A DNA stretch of 46,908 nt from a virus (lineage: Duplodnaviria > Heunggongvirae > Uroviricota > Caudoviricetes), in IMG/VR virus record IMGVR_UViG_3300008255_000105. One strand, written 5' to 3'. A program made the position numbers and the translations under genes. The first letter of the stretch is position 1. Every line of letters starts with the position of its first letter. The notes beneath the pieces are model-generated. The model had not been told where the DNA came from and did no database searches. It saw only the letters and a program-made list of their open reading frames with translations. Positions 44,198 through 46,908 of the stretch are shown in pieces.

Positions 44198-44548
44198 TTA
44201 CTTGTTTTTTCGCTTGTCGCTTAATCTCTTTTTTATTTTATATTTTTTCTCTTGTTCTAGCCTTTTTTGTTCTTGCTTCTCTTGCTCTATTCTTTTCAGA
44301 TTCTCTTGATTTTCATTCTTTTTTTGTTCTTGCTTCTCTTGCTCTATTCTTTTCAGATTCTCTTGATTTTTTCTTTCTTTTTTCTTTCTTACAACATCTT
44401 TAATTGTATCTTTTGAAACATCTGTTAAAGCATTAAGAATAGCATCTATTGTATTATTAACAATCTTTTCTATTATCTTTTTGATTATTGTTTCTTCTGG
44501 CTTTTTGGGCTCTTCGGGTTTTTCTGGTTTTTCAGGATCGAAGATCAT
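44198..44548 (-). CDS. Lys/Glu-rich protein with a 19-aa internal duplication
   Basis: NQENLKRIEQEKQEQK x2 (57-bp period). Confidence 0.6.
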   Translation of the reverse strand: MIFDPEKPEKPEEPKKPEETIIKKIIEKIVNNTIDAILNALTDVSKDTIKDVVRKKKERKNQENLKRIEQEKQEQKKNENQENLKRIEQEKQEQKRLEQEKKYKIKKRLSDKRKNK

Positions 44549-45929
44549 CTTTTATCCTATCAGAAACGAGTTTTGCGTGTGCTGCTGCGCCGGCAAGGCT
44601 TCTTGTCCAAGCACTACAATCACCAACAGGAAAAATATTTGGGTTCCCCATATAATTGAGCCTTTTTTCATCAATTATTGCTTCATTAGCATACATTTTA
44701 ACTTCTGGGAAATACATCAATCCCTTTGAAACACCAGGGAAAACTCCTTCAAGTTGTTCAATAAATTCTGCAATTCCAACCATTTGTCGATAAGGAATAG
44801 CATAACTCAAATCACCTGGGACAACATTTTCTGTTAATGATGGTGAAACACCATTCTCAAAAATTCTTTTCCAGGTTGATCTTCTTTTCTTGCAAAAATC
44901 AGCATAGCTTTGAACTAAAACACCGCCACCAGCAAGTGTGTTTGCTGTTTGGCAGATGCTTTTGCAATATCCATATGGATCTTTGAATGGTTCTGTGAAC
45001 TGAGTTGTTACTAAAATAGCAAAATTAGCATTTCCTGATTGTTTTTCGTCGCTGTTTTCAGAAAAACTATGGCCATTGACACAATCAATTCCAAGATGTT
45101 GATACTCTTCTAATGCAACAACGCCATTTTTCAAACAGGAGCAGAAAAGTCTAACACGCTCGTCAAAAGAACTTCTAATTGAAATTTTCGGTTCGTAACT
45201 CCATTGATAAAATTCTTCAAAGACATCATTCTCACACTCATATCTAATCCCAATGTCATTTGCACCAGCTTTGAACGGCAAAACAACATCTTTTCCATCG
45301 CCTAAAATCGGACCCATTTCTGATGGGTATTTATAAACACTATCTATCCAATCCGCACCACTTCTTCCGACTGCGATGATTACATAATCAAAAGCATTTA
45401 AAATTTGATTAAATAAAACTGAAATTCTCTCGCCTGAAAGAATATGGAAAAAATTATTGACAGAAGCCTCGGTTATAATTTTAACATCATCTTTTATATC
45501 TTCAATTATATTTTCGATTACCTTGCGACCGACATCGGTTCCCCAATGTCTCGTTTGGCCCTGAATTAAAGAAAACCCATTTGCACGACAATCACGCTTA
45601 AATTTCTCTGGAAATTCGCTCTTTTTTATTGTTTTTGAATCAGCACCGTACTCAATGAATATTTTATCAACTGTGTTTATAGCATCTGCGACTTCTTGAA
45701 CAGGAAGTATTTCTGTTAATCTGTTGCCTATGTATGGAGATAAGTTAAATTTCCCGTCTGAAAAAGAACCAGCACCTCCCAATCCTTCTGTTATACTCGT
45801 TCTTTCTTTTAATCCTTGTCCTCGTTCAAAGATTGTCACTTCTGCTATATCTTTAAGCTGATGAGCACAGATCAAACCCGCTGGCCCACCCCCTATGATT
45901 GCTATTTTTTTCATTCCAAATCCTTTCAA
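44532..45929 (-). CDS. FAD-dependent oxidoreductase (COG2509-like)
   Basis: IAIIGGGPAG, GLGGAGSFSDGK, CVNGHS, NFAILV, PEVKMY, VGDCSAWTRSLAGAA. Confidence 0.85.
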   Translation of the reverse strand: MKGFGMKKIAIIGGGPAGLICAHQLKDIAEVTIFERGQGLKERTSITEGLGGAGSFSDGKFNLSPYIGNRLTEILPVQEVADAINTVDKIFIEYGADSKTIKKSEFPEKFKRDCRANGFSLIQGQTRHWGTDVGRKVIENIIEDIKDDVKIITEASVNNFFHILSGERISVLFNQILNAFDYVIIAVGRSGADWIDSVYKYPSEMGPILGDGKDVVLPFKAGANDIGIRYECENDVFEEFYQWSYEPKISIRSSFDERVRLFCSCLKNGVVALEEYQHLGIDCVNGHSFSENSDEKQSGNANFAILVTTQFTEPFKDPYGYCKSICQTANTLAGGGVLVQSYADFCKKRRSTWKRIFENGVSPSLTENVVPGDLSYAIPYRQMVGIAEFIEQLEGVFPGVSKGLMYFPEVKMYANEAIIDEKRLNYMGNPNIFPVGDCSAWTRSLAGAAAHAKLVSDRIKDDLRS

Positions 45930-45942
45930 TTGTTGATTTTAA

Positions 45943-46134
45943 TCATCCCACCAAATAGAAACACGAGACATATATGTTGCCTATTTTTGCTATTGTAGTT
46001 GACCAATAAAAATCTTCCCACAATGGTAACAACTCAACAAAAATTTCTATTTCATCATTTTCAACAACAGGATAATTTAATGGTCTTACTTTAATTAGAT
46101 TTTTAGATTCAATTATTAGATTTTTATTTTCCAT
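45943..46134 (-). CDS. Hypothetical protein
   Basis: 63-aa ORF following the upstream stop. Confidence 0.5.
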   Translation of the reverse strand: MENKNLIIESKNLIKVRPLNYPVVENDEIEIFVELLPLWEDFYWSTTIAKIGNIYVSCFYLVG

Positions 46135-46140
46135 TTTTCA

Positions 46141-46764
46141 TTATCCTTTGCAGAAAACAACCGTTCCCAAAACGCTGCGGTTGGTTCCGGTGCCATTATA
46201 CACATAAACTTGGTTATCCGACACCCAACCTCGCTTTTTGGCGTATTGGAATTGTGGATATCTTGAAAATAGACCAAATATTTCTTCTGCTGATGATTTA
46301 TTTTGCCTAGCTCGAAGAACAAAATTTGCGATCAACATGATTTCTTCTTCATCTGAAAGCAAAGATAAAATTTTTGCTACAAATTGGACCCCCTGTGAAG
46401 GCATAACCATCAAATCACAATTTACAATTCCTGGATTGAAATTGTTCCCGTTTTGAGCTTCAACTAACATCTGATAAAAATCACCAAGATGCCAATTAGC
46501 TCGGGGGATTGCGCTCCTGTTCGCTTCAATTATTTCAGGGATTATGTCAACCCCATGAAATTGTTCTGGTTGAATTAAACCTGATTTTAGAATTTGGTCA
46601 AATTCAGACCCCAACATAACAACACCATCTCTTGCACAAGTTGCACACATTGTCCAATATTGCTTTTCTGGCGGAAGTTGTCTTTGAAAATTGTGTCTAT
46701 ATTGAGAAATGATTGTTTTAAATCTAGCCCTTTTCTTTTTAGGGCAGGATTCGTAGGTTTTCAT
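46141..46764 (-). CDS. Hypothetical protein, possibly SAM-dependent methyltransferase-like fold
   Basis: FHGVDIIPEII, GDFY, GIVNCD resemble MTase strands; canonical GxG motif not seen. Confidence 0.5.
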   Translation of the reverse strand: MKTYESCPKKKRARFKTIISQYRHNFQRQLPPEKQYWTMCATCARDGVVMLGSEFDQILKSGLIQPEQFHGVDIIPEIIEANRSAIPRANWHLGDFYQMLVEAQNGNNFNPGIVNCDLMVMPSQGVQFVAKILSLLSDEEEIMLIANFVLRARQNKSSAEEIFGLFSRYPQFQYAKKRGWVSDNQVYVYNGTGTNRSVLGTVVFCKG

Positions 46765-46907
46765 TTGGCTGGCCTTTCATTCCCGAGATAATCATACCAA
46801 TCAATCCAACCTTTATTTTTATAAGCAAGATTAGGATTAACTGATAATCTTAATTCTTTTCCTTCATTTCTAGCAAATTCTTGATATTCTGCTGAAGACT
46901 TAAAATT
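46761..46907 (-). CDS. 3' end of a gene carrying an integrase-repeat-unit-like motif (truncated by the window)
   Basis: NFKSSAEYQEFARNEGKELRLSVNPNLAYKNKGWIDWYDYLG matches P..YK..GW..W.D.LG; ATGA overlap with the next gene. Confidence 0.6.
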   Translation of the reverse strand, partial: NFKSSAEYQEFARNEGKELRLSVNPNLAYKNKGWIDWYDYLGNERPAK

Positions 46908-46908
46908 A

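Noticed and set aside
46116-46322. 68-aa ORF in the track
   Set aside because: Overlaps the longer 46141-46764 gene on the same strand in another frame; likely a shadow
46850-46870. Apparent frameshift in the terminal partial gene
   Set aside because: Recounting the homopolymer (T4 on +) shows the frame is continuous
1-46908. Alternative genetic code (TGA=Trp or TAG=Gln)
   Set aside because: RuvB, TrpS, GmhA and Gmk are full length under code 11; TGA and TAG end many genes and occur in ATGA/GTGA overlaps

Overview
AT-rich window (roughly 30% GC by eye) read as part of a large jumbo/huge bacteriophage genome. Basis: dense, mostly minus-strand ORFans, sigma70-type promoters, a tail-fibre-like gene and scattered auxiliary genes (nadD-like, gmhA, trpS, gmk, ruvB, 5'-3' exonuclease, orphan DNA MTase, MazG-like, HD, HAD, MoxR+VWA, FAD oxidoreductase, RlpA-like). 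Eight plausible tRNA genes, none encoding CCA, plus two degenerate tRNA-like elements. The standard genetic code fits. An outer-membrane beta-barrel-like gene and gmhA hint at a Gram-negative host. The most striking signal is non-coding, between about 8.3 and 16.1 kb. (1) A six-copy structured element has covarying stems, a fixed GAAGUC-N11/12-UACUUC motif and variable cargo of about 10 to 170 nt, one cargo being a tRNA-like body. (2) Two paralogous ~48-nt RNAs have mutually complementary 5' tails and a shared 20-nt 3' module antisense to a third structured RNA that overlaps a possible start codon. (3) Several further GC-rich RNAs have a first paired base that coincides with a predicted transcription start. 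All folds were derived by eye and none was computed or searched against databases.
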